Assembly (NCBI GenBank): GCA_002778785.1
Contig: PEZS01000010.1
Span: 120,671-184,670, forward strand
DNA length: 64,000 bases
Direction: 5' to 3'
Source of the DNA: Bdellovibrionales bacterium CG10_big_fil_rev_8_21_14_0_10_45_34
GTDB taxonomy: Bacteria; Bdellovibrionota; Bdellovibrionia; Bdellovibrionales; 1-14-0-10-45-34
The position numbers were made by a program, and so were the translations under genes. Below the pieces are notes generated by a model. That model made no database searches and was not told the DNA's origin. It was given only the letters and a program-made list of their open reading frames with translations. This document shows, in pieces, positions 49,254 to 58,361 of this stretch (position 1 is the first letter of the stretch; each line of letters opens with the position of its first letter).

Positions 49254-49455
49254 GGCACCTCCCATTTTACAGGATAGGTAGCAGAAACCGCGAGCCTTGT
49301 CATGCAGAGACGTCTCGCCTGGTTGCGACTTTGAGGGGATTCGACTATAAAACTAGGTGCTGTTAACATTTTGGCCGCTAGTTTCGCGCCTCTGGTGCGA
49401 AACCGAGAGTTAAAGAGGCACGCTTTTTCAGCCTCACCTGAGACCGGAGTTTAAT

Positions 49456-51309
49456 TTGGCCCATTTTTTAGGAAAAGACATTCTTGTTTTTGACGGCGGC
49501 GTCAGCACCGAGCTTTATTCGCGGGGCTTTTACATCAACCGACCTTTTGAAGAATTGAATCTTACCTCTCCCGCAGATGTTGAAGCCGTTTACAGGGGTT
49601 TCATCGAGGCTGGGTCCGATGTTATTACTACCAACACTTTTGGAATCGCGTCACCGCAGCTCGCACGATTTGACATCGCCGAACAGCAGCCCGACATCAT
49701 CGAAGCCGCGCTAAAAATTGCGCGAAAAGCAACCGCCGGCAAGGACTGTAAGGTGGGTTTTTCGATTGGACCCATTGGAGATTTGGTCGAACCGCTGGGT
49801 TCAATCGGCCTTTCAGAGGTCATTTTGGAATTTGCTCAAATTGCAAAGTCAGTTAATGCCAATGGTGGCGCCGACTTTTTCATTCTTGAGACCTTCTCAA
49901 ATCTAGATGAACTTAGAGCTGGAATTAACGGTGTAAGGTCTATCGATAAGCAAACACCTATATTGGCTTCGATTTACGTTCGTAGCCAGGAAGAAGAGAA
50001 GTTAAAAAAGTTTGCTCATACCATAGGTGATTCAGGAGACGTTCAGGCTCTTGGTATTAACTGTGGTGACGGGCCGAGTGATTTGTTGCGAGCTCTCGGT
50101 AAACTTTTGGAATTAACATCTCTTCCTATCATTGTTCAACCAAACGCAGGCTTACCAAGGCAGATCAACGGGCGCTACTTTTACATGACCAGCCCCGATT
50201 ACTTAGGAAAATTTGCTAAGAGATACGCTAGTGCAGGAGCAACCGGCGTAGGCGGGTGTTGCGGAACAGGGCCCAGCCACATCGCGGCGATCAAAAGTAG
50301 CTTGGCAATGGCCCAGAGTCAGAGTCGCTCTAATAAAGACGTCGGTAGGAATTTTATAGATATTGGATGGCAGGTTGTCTCAGCCGAGAGGCCAAGCTTG
50401 CAGCAAAGAGAAGCTTCTCGCGTGGGGGCACTACTTGCCGCTGGAAAGAAGTTTTTATCGGTAGAGATTTTGCCGCCAATTGGACTCGATGTTGAAAAGT
50501 TTCAGAAGTCGCTAGATGCTATTGAGAGTGCAGGTATTCCGTTCGTAAATATTCCAGACGGGGCGCGTGCAAGTACGCGAATGAGTAGTTTACATATCTC
50601 CTCGTGGATCAACGACCGACGAAGCGGTCAATTGAAAGCGATTCCCCACTTTACGACCCGTGACCGCAATCTTATCGCGCTTCAATCAGACTTAATTGGC
50701 GCCCATTTTTGCGGAGTAAAAGATGTCTTAGTGGTTACCGGTGACCCGCCAAAGCTTGGCAACAATAAAGAGGCTACTGCGGTTTACGACATTGATTCAA
50801 TCGGTCTCACCTACATGATTGATTGCCTTAATAGGGGAGTATCTCCGATGGGAGAAAAACTGGGTTCTTGCACGCAGTTCGGAATCGGTGTTGCATCTAA
50901 CCCCACGGCGATCAATTTAGAGACAGAGATCCAAAGATGGAAGTACAAGGTCGAGTCGGGCTGTGACTATGCAATCACCCAACCTATTTTTGATCCTGAA
51001 GCCTTTTTGGCTTGGAAGGATTCCGTCGGATCAAACTATCGACCTCACTTCATCGGGATTTGGCCTCTGATCAGTTTGCGAAATGCGGAGTTTATGGCAA
51101 ACGAAGTGCCCGGTATTCACGTGCCTACGTGGGTTATCGAGGAGATGTCAAAGGCTGGTGACAACAAAGAAGAAGCAATTAAAAGAGGAATCGAAATTGC
51201 TCAGAAGGTAATGCATCGGCTAGATTCCGAATGTGAAGGTTATTGCATCAGTGCCCCACTCGGAAAAGTATCTGTTGTGCTAGATTTGCTAGGAAAGCAA
51301 GTCGATTAG
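49456..51309 (+). CDS. bifunctional homocysteine S-methyltransferase / 5,10-methylenetetrahydrofolate reductase
   Basis: TTG start. N-terminal Hcy S-methyltransferase domain (FDGGVSTEL, ITTNTF, GINCG, GGCCGTGP zinc ligands). C-terminal MTHFR domain (SVEILPP, HFTTRDRN, VVTGDPP). Confidence 0.88.
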   Translation: MAHFLGKDILVFDGGVSTELYSRGFYINRPFEELNLTSPADVEAVYRGFIEAGSDVITTNTFGIASPQLARFDIAEQQPDIIEAALKIARKATAGKDCKVGFSIGPIGDLVEPLGSIGLSEVILEFAQIAKSVNANGGADFFILETFSNLDELRAGINGVRSIDKQTPILASIYVRSQEEEKLKKFAHTIGDSGDVQALGINCGDGPSDLLRALGKLLELTSLPIIVQPNAGLPRQINGRYFYMTSPDYLGKFAKRYASAGATGVGGCCGTGPSHIAAIKSSLAMAQSQSRSNKDVGRNFIDIGWQVVSAERPSLQQREASRVGALLAAGKKFLSVEILPPIGLDVEKFQKSLDAIESAGIPFVNIPDGARASTRMSSLHISSWINDRRSGQLKAIPHFTTRDRNLIALQSDLIGAHFCGVKDVLVVTGDPPKLGNNKEATAVYDIDSIGLTYMIDCLNRGVSPMGEKLGSCTQFGIGVASNPTAINLETEIQRWKYKVESGCDYAITQPIFDPEAFLAWKDSVGSNYRPHFIGIWPLISLRNAEFMANEVPGIHVPTWVIEEMSKAGDNKEEAIKRGIEIAQKVMHRLDSECEGYCISAPLGKVSVVLDLLGKQVD

Positions 51310-51683
51310 TCGCAATCAGAGTTACCAGCGGCCTAACAAGCCCTTCTCATTCGTAAACCAGATAGCTGACGCCAAGTAGACTAAACCTAGAAGCTAATTC
51401 CAAGTAGCTAACCGCTAAACGCGCGAAGTGCGGTAGAGAATTCAGTCTCCGTTTGAGACACAACCATTTCAAAGTTGGAACAATTTGACTCTTATCGGGA
51501 ATCAGCAGCATTTATGGGGTCTCTATTCCGATCTAGTATTAGCGGACAGAGAATTGCAGACGTTAAACTTTAAATGGCTGAGTTGTTTACGGTGTGGGTT
51601 GAATGTCTATCCGTTTGTCCCCTAGTCAAAAAGGTTTCGGCACGTAACTTGGGAGCGAGTTTGAAAAAGTTCGATACGACTGT

Positions 51684-51707
51684 TTTAGATTCGTCTTTAG
51701 ATTCGTC
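51684..51707 (+). repeat. perfect 12-bp tandem direct repeat (TTTAGATTCGTC x2)
   Basis: Read directly from the sequence. A perfect 7-bp-stem hairpin follows 3 nt later (51711..51730: GGTACAC-cttatt-GTGTACC) and contains the likely GTG start of the lipoprotein gene. Confidence 0.85.
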
Positions 51708-51723
51708 GCAGGTACACCTTATT

Positions 51724-52365
51724 GTGTACCCCATCAGATTCTTTTCTTTCCTTTCATTTAGGGCTGCCAATATCTTGGTAGCTACAGTCCTCTCATTGGC
51801 GTTGGTCGGATGTACTCAGGAAGAGCCGAAAGGCTCAAGCGTGAGGGTGACGCTGCCAGACTCAGGGACGTTGGCGCAATGGTCTTCTAAACCATCAGAA
51901 AAAAATGCCACAAAATTTGAAAGCGACGATTCTTCGGGGATCTATCAGTCTGTGAGCGCTACTATGCCGTTTCCAACTTGGGGCTTAGATGATCCAACAT
52001 CCCTAGCTGAAATCGATTGTTTCGCAGTTTTTGTTACAGGGCCAGAGCTTCCTTTGTCGTCAAATAAATGCGCCTCACGCGACGGGAGTGTGGACTTCCC
52101 TGTAGGACTTTGGGTGGGCGGATTTCAGCCAGGAGCGAGCATTGAGTTGGCAGTGCCAGCGGGAAGCGGGCGAAAAGTTTCGATCGTGGGAATGAAATCG
52201 GCGACGGCAACAGCGTGCCATGACTTCAAGTCGCTTCCACTGGATTTTTTAAAGCACTCTAGGCCGATGGTGCTTGGAAGTTCCGTCTTAGACTTAGCTC
52301 CGGGTGAAGCCAGCGTAGCCATATCTATTAGCATGAATAACGCAAAGTCGTTTGATGGTTGCTAG
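51724..52365 (+). CDS. lipoprotein, N-terminal segment of an interrupted IPT/TIG-RCC1 gene
   Basis: The track ORF starts at ATG 51574, but that puts 76 aa before the lipobox LALVGC. GTG 51724 gives a normal lipoprotein signal peptide. The ORF ends at TAG 52363..52365, in the same frame as the next ORF. Confidence 0.65.
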   Translation: MYPIRFFSFLSFRAANILVATVLSLALVGCTQEEPKGSSVRVTLPDSGTLAQWSSKPSEKNATKFESDDSSGIYQSVSATMPFPTWGLDDPTSLAEIDCFAVFVTGPELPLSSNKCASRDGSVDFPVGLWVGGFQPGASIELAVPAGSGRKVSIVGMKSATATACHDFKSLPLDFLKHSRPMVLGSSVLDLAPGEASVAISISMNNAKSFDGC

Positions 52366-53832
52366 GGTCCGGCGTTTGATTGGCAAAATGGCGACAGTGA
52401 TACTCCTCCAACGACCACGCCGACTCCAGACCCTACTACTGGCATAGCCGTAGCTGCGATAACTCCAACTTTAGGTTCACTTGAGGGCGGTGAGATATTA
52501 ACAATATTTGGCACTGGCCTGAGTGTCGTAGAGACCGTCAGCATTGGAGGAGTGGCTTGTACAGGCATGTCTGCCGCAGATACGACAATCACTTGTTATA
52601 TCGGAGCGAACACAGCGGGTTCAAAAAACATTGTACTTGGCGGTTCTTCATTCGGAACTTCCACTATTACACAAACCTATACACATCAGCTTGTGCCGCT
52701 CAATGCACAAAAGCTAGTGGCAGGTGACGGATTTTACTGCGCCATTGTTACAGGTCAAAGGGTTAAATGCTGGGGTAAAAATATTTATGCAACACTTGGG
52801 CAAGGAGACACGACAAACAGGTTGGATCCATCAGTAGTGCCTTTTGTAGATATTGGTACCGGTCGCAAAGCCTTAGATATCGCCGCTGGCATAAAACATG
52901 TTTGCGTTCTTCGAGACACTCTTGATGTCGTTTGTTGGGGTACAAACATTAAAAAGCAGCTCGGCTCTGCAAATACGGGTGATATCATCGGCGATGAGCC
53001 GGCAGACATGGGTGACAACTTAATTGCAGTTAACGGGCTGGGCACAGTTTCGCAAATTTTTGGCGGCGGAGAAACCAACTGTGCACTCCACACAGACGGA
53101 ACAGTTAAGTGCTGGGGAGATGGAACTTATGGGCAACTAGGAAGCGGCACATTCACCCAAAGCGAAGTGCCTTTGGCGTTGAGCGGTGGTCCGAGCGGGT
53201 TTACAAAATTGTTTATGGGGGGAAGCCACGCTTGCGGAATTGGCACAGACGCACTTTCGTATTGCTGGGGGCACAACGTGTCAGGTCAACTTGGTTTAGG
53301 CAATACTACAAATATGTCGACTCCCACGTATGTTTCAGGTCTCACTAGTGTTCTCTGGATAAGTCCGTCGGTCACGCCAATTGGGTCCCCTTCTACCTGC
53401 TTTGTCTTAACGAGCGGCCAGGTAAAATGCACTGGGGACAACACCAATTACCAATTAGGCAACGCCACAACTACTCCCTCCACAACTCCAATACTTGCAT
53501 CAGAGCTTAGCGGAGTAAGTAGTTTTACAAAGATCGTATCTACAGCTATGCATGTCTGCGGGATTTTCGCTGGCGTGACGAAGTGCTGGGGAAATAACAC
53601 CTATATGCAGCTCGGAGTTTCAACGCCATCCTTTAGCGAAATGCCGCTGGCTGTGAATGGATTGACTACTTTTGAGAATATTCAAATGGTGACCGCCGGA
53701 ATTTCGACCTGCATCGTCAACGTTGGTGAACAGGTAAAGTGCTGGGGAAGTGCGCAGTACGGTCAGCTAGGCAACGGCACAGGTACAGGCACATCACCCG
53801 TCGCTCAATTAGTCAACCTCGGGTCCCATTAG
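52366..53832 (+). CDS. IPT/TIG domain + seven-blade RCC1-repeat beta-propeller (no start codon before GTG 52552)
   Basis: The frame is open immediately after TAG 52363..52365. It encodes a Pro/Thr linker (DSDTPPTTTPTPDPTTG), an IPT/TIG-like domain (ITPTLGSLEGGEILTIFGTGLS..VSIGGVACTG) and seven (V/T)KCWG-type RCC1 blades. The first in-frame ATG/GTG/TTG is GTG 52552, inside the IPT domain. Confidence 0.8.
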   Translation, partial: GPAFDWQNGDSDTPPTTTPTPDPTTGIAVAAITPTLGSLEGGEILTIFGTGLSVVETVSIGGVACTGMSAADTTITCYIGANTAGSKNIVLGGSSFGTSTITQTYTHQLVPLNAQKLVAGDGFYCAIVTGQRVKCWGKNIYATLGQGDTTNRLDPSVVPFVDIGTGRKALDIAAGIKHVCVLRDTLDVVCWGTNIKKQLGSANTGDIIGDEPADMGDNLIAVNGLGTVSQIFGGGETNCALHTDGTVKCWGDGTYGQLGSGTFTQSEVPLALSGGPSGFTKLFMGGSHACGIGTDALSYCWGHNVSGQLGLGNTTNMSTPTYVSGLTSVLWISPSVTPIGSPSTCFVLTSGQVKCTGDNTNYQLGNATTTPSTTPILASELSGVSSFTKIVSTAMHVCGIFAGVTKCWGNNTYMQLGVSTPSFSEMPLAVNGLTTFENIQMVTAGISTCIVNVGEQVKCWGSAQYGQLGNGTGTGTSPVAQLVNLGSH

Positions 53833-53879
53833 GGCGAGTCCTCATTCGGACTTCGTAATAGTTTGATCAAATAAGGACA

Positions 53880-54887
53880 CTAGAGTCTTTGTTCGTACCA
53901 GCGTTTGTAAAATTGTTGATAATTGCCAGACTGAACTGACTCTAGCCACTGTTGGTTCTCTAGGTACCAATCAACCGTCTTTTCAAGCCCATCTTCAAAG
54001 CTAGTAAGTGGTGCCCAACCCAACTCACTTTGAGCCTTTGAAGAGTCAATGGCATAGCGCCTATCATGGCCGGGGCGGTCTTTAACAAATTCAATCAGCG
54101 ACTCGGGTTTATCTAAGAGCTTTAAAACCTGCTTCACCAGGTCGATGTTTGCCCATTCATTGTTTGTACCAAAGTTATAAACTTCGCCCGATGTACCTTT
54201 GATTCCGGCAAGCCATACTCCTCTTGCGTGATCTTCAGCATAGATCCAATCTCGAACATTTTTTCCGTCGCCGTACACAGGAAGCTTGCTGTTTTGCGAT
54301 GCCTTCTGGATCATCAACGGAATCAATTTTTCAGGAAACTGAAATGGGCCATAGTTGTTAGAGCAGCGTGTGATAACCGTGTCGAGTTTGAAGGTGTGGT
54401 GATAAGCTCGTACCATCAAATCGGCGGAGGCCTTAGAGCTGCTATAGGGACTGTTCGGCACTATAGGGGATTCTTCAGTAAATAATCCTTCATTGATGCT
54501 TCCGTAAACTTCATCGGTAGAAACTTGAATGAATCGGCAAGAGGGGTTGAGTTGTCTTACCGCTTCAAGCAGTTCGAAGACGCCATTGATATTCGTCTTT
54601 ACAAATGCTTCTGGCCCGTCGATAGAGCGATCCACGTGGCTTTCAGCGGCAAAATTGAATAAGTAATCATACCCCGGTACGGTTTCGCGCACTTGTGATC
54701 GCTCCGTGATATCGCCTTTGATGAATTTATGACGGGGGTGATCCAAAATATCTTTTAGGCTTTCTAAGTTTCCAGCGTAGGTGAGGGCGTCAAAAGAGGT
54801 GATCTGGGCATCTGGAATGTTCGCCAGTATCCAGCGCACGAAGTGGTTTCCAATAAAGCCGGCACTACCTGTAACTAAAACTTTCAT
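53880..54887 (-). CDS. rfbB: dTDP-glucose 4,6-dehydratase
   Basis: MKVLVTGSAGFIGNHF, STDEVYG and YSSSKASAD (YxxxK). ATG 54887 is preferred to the track start 55031. Confidence 0.93.
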   Translation of the reverse strand: MKVLVTGSAGFIGNHFVRWILANIPDAQITSFDALTYAGNLESLKDILDHPRHKFIKGDITERSQVRETVPGYDYLFNFAAESHVDRSIDGPEAFVKTNINGVFELLEAVRQLNPSCRFIQVSTDEVYGSINEGLFTEESPIVPNSPYSSSKASADLMVRAYHHTFKLDTVITRCSNNYGPFQFPEKLIPLMIQKASQNSKLPVYGDGKNVRDWIYAEDHARGVWLAGIKGTSGEVYNFGTNNEWANIDLVKQVLKLLDKPESLIEFVKDRPGHDRRYAIDSSKAQSELGWAPLTSFEDGLEKTVDWYLENQQWLESVQSGNYQQFYKRWYEQRL

Positions 54888-55135
54888 AAAATTCCTCTCC
54901 ACACCGTACTCGATACCGTGTAGCCCACCGTGCGGCTCACTAAGACGTCGGCTCACTAAGGCATCTACACCCACCAAACGGCTACTTATTCTAAAGTGGC
55001 TCAATATAGCCATATACGTGCAAAAGTACAACTTTCGCAGCCGGCTTGACCCCTAAGAGCCTGGCCGTGGCATTTTTTCTTGCGCCCGGCTCTCTGCTGG
55101 AGGTTTTCAAAGAGTATGGGTAGTGTCGTTGTTCT

Positions 55136-55843
55136 ATGAACTTTTGGAGCCCCTTTCATCCGCTAGATATGGCGGGCCTATCTGGTTGGTATCACATCGC
55201 CGGACCCACTAAGCCTCTTCTGGTTGTCTTTCATGGTATGGGAGACCGTCCCAGCTCCTTTTTAGATATCCAGGACGAGCTTGGCATTTATGATTGGAAC
55301 TATCTGCTTTTGCAGGCGCCTTTTCGATTTTCAAAAGGCTTTAGCTGGCATGGGAGCGACTCGCAAATAAAACGAAATCTTCCTCTTGCAAGAGCCTCGG
55401 CGGGCCATTCTATTGACTCTTTTTTAAAGCATCACGGATTGGCGTCACCCATTGTGCTGTTGGGCCACTCTCAAGGGGGGATGATGGCCTTGGATCTAAC
55501 TCTCAACAGCCGCATTGCCAATCATGTTGGAGTAGTAGTAATCAGCGGCTATGTTAATTTTGAGAGAAAATGGTGGGAGAAAATTCCAGAGATTCCAGAA
55601 TCCTTTGCTTGGCTTATGACCCACGGGGTTGACGATGACATCGTTCCAATATCTTCGACTCGAAGGCAAGTGATGAAGCTTATCGAAGCAGGAGTTCCTT
55701 TGCTGTGGGAAGAGTTTCAAAAGGAACACGAAATGGATTGTCCTGAGGAGTTGACCTTTGTTGCGAACTGGCTCAGAAATCTGGGGCATAGAAAGTCTTT
55801 TGTCGATCAAGATTTTGGAGTCACGTGTCAGCCTTCTACATAG
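55136..55843 (+). CDS. alpha/beta hydrolase (phospholipase/carboxylesterase family)
   Basis: Nucleophile elbow LLGHSQGG, with a later HG..D..VP region. Confidence 0.75.
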   Translation: MNFWSPFHPLDMAGLSGWYHIAGPTKPLLVVFHGMGDRPSSFLDIQDELGIYDWNYLLLQAPFRFSKGFSWHGSDSQIKRNLPLARASAGHSIDSFLKHHGLASPIVLLGHSQGGMMALDLTLNSRIANHVGVVVISGYVNFERKWWEKIPEIPESFAWLMTHGVDDDIVPISSTRRQVMKLIEAGVPLLWEEFQKEHEMDCPEELTFVANWLRNLGHRKSFVDQDFGVTCQPST

Positions 55844-56688
55844 TTAGCGCCGTTTTATCAGGTCTGTTTTGGTCGCTGTTTGATCTTACAAGAAAAAAAC
55901 TGGTTCAAGAGAACCCCGTCCAATGGGTAGCAGTTTGGATGATGTACGGACAGGTTCCACTCTTCTTGGCCATTTGGGCTTACGAGGGCTTTCCCTCAGT
56001 TGGTTCTGATTACTGGGTACCGGCATCGGTGTCTTTCGCAGCGAACCTCGTTGCGAATTTGAGTTACTTAAAAGCACTCTCGCTTGCGCCTTTTAGTATG
56101 ATGGTGCCCATTCTCTCTATTTCTCCCGTGCTGGCCTCTTTGTGGAGTTTCATTTGGCTTCATGAAGCCATCGAAATGCGGCAGCTGGTGGGAATTTTGT
56201 TTGTTGTTCTAGGGTGCCTCGTCGTCGGCTGGGTGGGTTCAAGATCTGCGAAATCAGGAGGCGATTTTTTGAAACCCTTTTTGCTTATGTTACTTACAGC
56301 CGTGTTGTGGTCGATAGCCCCGGCTGCAGATAAACTTGCTGTGAATGCTTCTAGCGTTGGGTTTCACGGAATGAATCTCAATTTGGTGGTTGCACTGCTG
56401 ATTCACAGTTACTGCAAATTCAAAGGCAATTATGCAAGCTTTCGACAATTCTACCGCAAAACTCAGTTCTGGTACGTACTCACTGTAGTGTCGGCAATCT
56501 TGGCGCTTGGCTCTCAGCTCTGGGTTCTGCAGCATATTCCGGTCGGAATATATGAAGCTCTAAAAAGAGCTGTTGGAGTCTTTGGTTCATTGATACTAGG
56601 TTACACGCTCTTCAAAGAGCCAATTACACTTTCGAAGCTCTTCGCACTTTTGTTGATCGTACTTGGTGTTGGGCTTGTTATGGTGTAG
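55825..56688 (+). CDS. EamA/DMT-family transporter
   Basis: GTG start overlapping the upstream gene by 19 nt. 287 aa with about 10 TM helices. Confidence 0.8.
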   Translation: MSAFYIVSAVLSGLFWSLFDLTRKKLVQENPVQWVAVWMMYGQVPLFLAIWAYEGFPSVGSDYWVPASVSFAANLVANLSYLKALSLAPFSMMVPILSISPVLASLWSFIWLHEAIEMRQLVGILFVVLGCLVVGWVGSRSAKSGGDFLKPFLLMLLTAVLWSIAPAADKLAVNASSVGFHGMNLNLVVALLIHSYCKFKGNYASFRQFYRKTQFWYVLTVVSAILALGSQLWVLQHIPVGIYEALKRAVGVFGSLILGYTLFKEPITLSKLFALLLIVLGVGLVMV

Positions 56689-56714
56689 GGTTTCTCGTTA
56701 TGAGAGGCTAAATT

Positions 56715-58361
56715 ATGTCGTTTAATCTGCGATCAAAATCTTTACTCTGTGATGTCGCTTACAACATGTCCCCTCTCTTGAAGATATTCTCAATTGTCTT
56801 GCAAATTAGTCTTGCCGGGTTGTTGGTGTTATCGACTGGGTGCACGCGAAGTGCAAACCGCGACAAAGACTCTAACACATTTGTATTCAGAATCGCTGCA
56901 GAGCCGCCCCATTTAGACCCGATTCGCGGCATTGATCACGTATCGATCGACTTAATGAACAATCTGCTCGAAGGACTCATGCAGTTTGATAGAGATATGT
57001 CGGTAATTCCTGCGCTTGCCACTCGGTATGAGGTTTCTAAAGACAAAACAGTTTACACATTCTATCTTCGAAAAGACGTTGTCTGGTCTGATGGAGTTCC
57101 TTTTACGGCTGAACAGGTTTTCTATAGCTGGAAAAGAATGTTGGAGCCTAAAAACGCGGCTGAGTTTGCCTATTTCTTTTACGATATTGAGAATGCGGAG
57201 GATTACAACTCCGGTAAAGTTACTGACTTTTCCAAAGTCGGTATCAAGGTGCTCGACCCTTTAACAGTTCAGGTTACCCTTGCCCGTCCAATTGGCTTTT
57301 GGGCAACGATGACGGCGACTCCCGCATTTTTTCCGGTTAGAGAAGATCTTATAGAGAAACACGGCTCCTCTTGGATTCAGCCCCCGCATTTTCAAACGTT
57401 GGGACCCTACAAGTTAACAAGCTGGGAACATGATAAGCAGCTAGTGTTTGAAGCTAACGAAAAATACTGGGAGGGTACTCCCCCCATTAAGAAAGTGATC
57501 GGACTAATTGTTGAAGAGGCGACCACTGCCGTGGGTCTGTTTGAAGATGGAGCGCTCGATCTGGTGCGCCATCTTCCGACTCAAGACGTGGAGCGTATTA
57601 AGAAAGATGCCAGGTACCATAAGCAGTCTTACTTTAGGGGTTACTATTACGGGTTTAATACGACAAAAAAACCGTTCAATAACCCGAAAGTAAGAAAAGC
57701 TTTTGCTCATGCGGTAGATAGACATGCAATTGTTTCCGTACTGAAAGGGGGCCAGCAGGCCTCTGCCTCGTGGATTCCCGAAGGAATGCTGGGATACAAT
57801 GCAAGTATCGGACTTAGTTATAACCCGGATCTGGCAAAGAAATATTTGGCTGAGGCGGGGTATCCGGGAGGCAAAGGTTTTCCTCACGCCGAACTTTCCT
57901 TTGACCAACGAGACGACAACAAACTCGTTGCGGAGGCGCTGCAAGGGATGTGGACGAAGGATCTCGGGGTCAAGCTAGAGATTGTGTCGATGGAGTGGAA
58001 AGTCTATTTAGACAAAACGAGAACCGATCCTTACCCGATATATAGAATGGGATGGGGTGCTGACTTTCCTGACCCCAATAACTTTATGGATCTTTTCTTA
58101 TCAAACAGCGGAACCAATGACACGAATTGGTCAAATCCGAATTACGACAAAATTGTGAGAGAGGCCGCTGGTGAAACAATTTACGTCAGACGCAAGAACC
58201 TCTACGATCAAGCGCAAAGAATGTTGCTAGAGCAAGACGCCGTCATAATACCCTTGTTTACTGAAAGTAATGACTATCTGGCCGACCCTAGGGTGAGAAA
58301 TTTCTATCTTGATAAGATGAATAACATGTTTATTAAGAGGTTTGAGATTGCAGCAGATTAA
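56715..58361 (+). CDS. ABC-transporter family-5 (peptide/nickel) substrate-binding lipoprotein, orphan
   Basis: Lipobox LVLSTGC (a start at ATG 56766 is likely). SBP_bac_5-like core (WSDG.PFTAEQV..S..R, YKL..W). No permease or ATPase genes are adjacent. Confidence 0.85.
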   Translation: MSFNLRSKSLLCDVAYNMSPLLKIFSIVLQISLAGLLVLSTGCTRSANRDKDSNTFVFRIAAEPPHLDPIRGIDHVSIDLMNNLLEGLMQFDRDMSVIPALATRYEVSKDKTVYTFYLRKDVVWSDGVPFTAEQVFYSWKRMLEPKNAAEFAYFFYDIENAEDYNSGKVTDFSKVGIKVLDPLTVQVTLARPIGFWATMTATPAFFPVREDLIEKHGSSWIQPPHFQTLGPYKLTSWEHDKQLVFEANEKYWEGTPPIKKVIGLIVEEATTAVGLFEDGALDLVRHLPTQDVERIKKDARYHKQSYFRGYYYGFNTTKKPFNNPKVRKAFAHAVDRHAIVSVLKGGQQASASWIPEGMLGYNASIGLSYNPDLAKKYLAEAGYPGGKGFPHAELSFDQRDDNKLVAEALQGMWTKDLGVKLEIVSMEWKVYLDKTRTDPYPIYRMGWGADFPDPNNFMDLFLSNSGTNDTNWSNPNYDKIVREAAGETIYVRRKNLYDQAQRMLLEQDAVIIPLFTESNDYLADPRVRNFYLDKMNNMFIKRFEIAAD

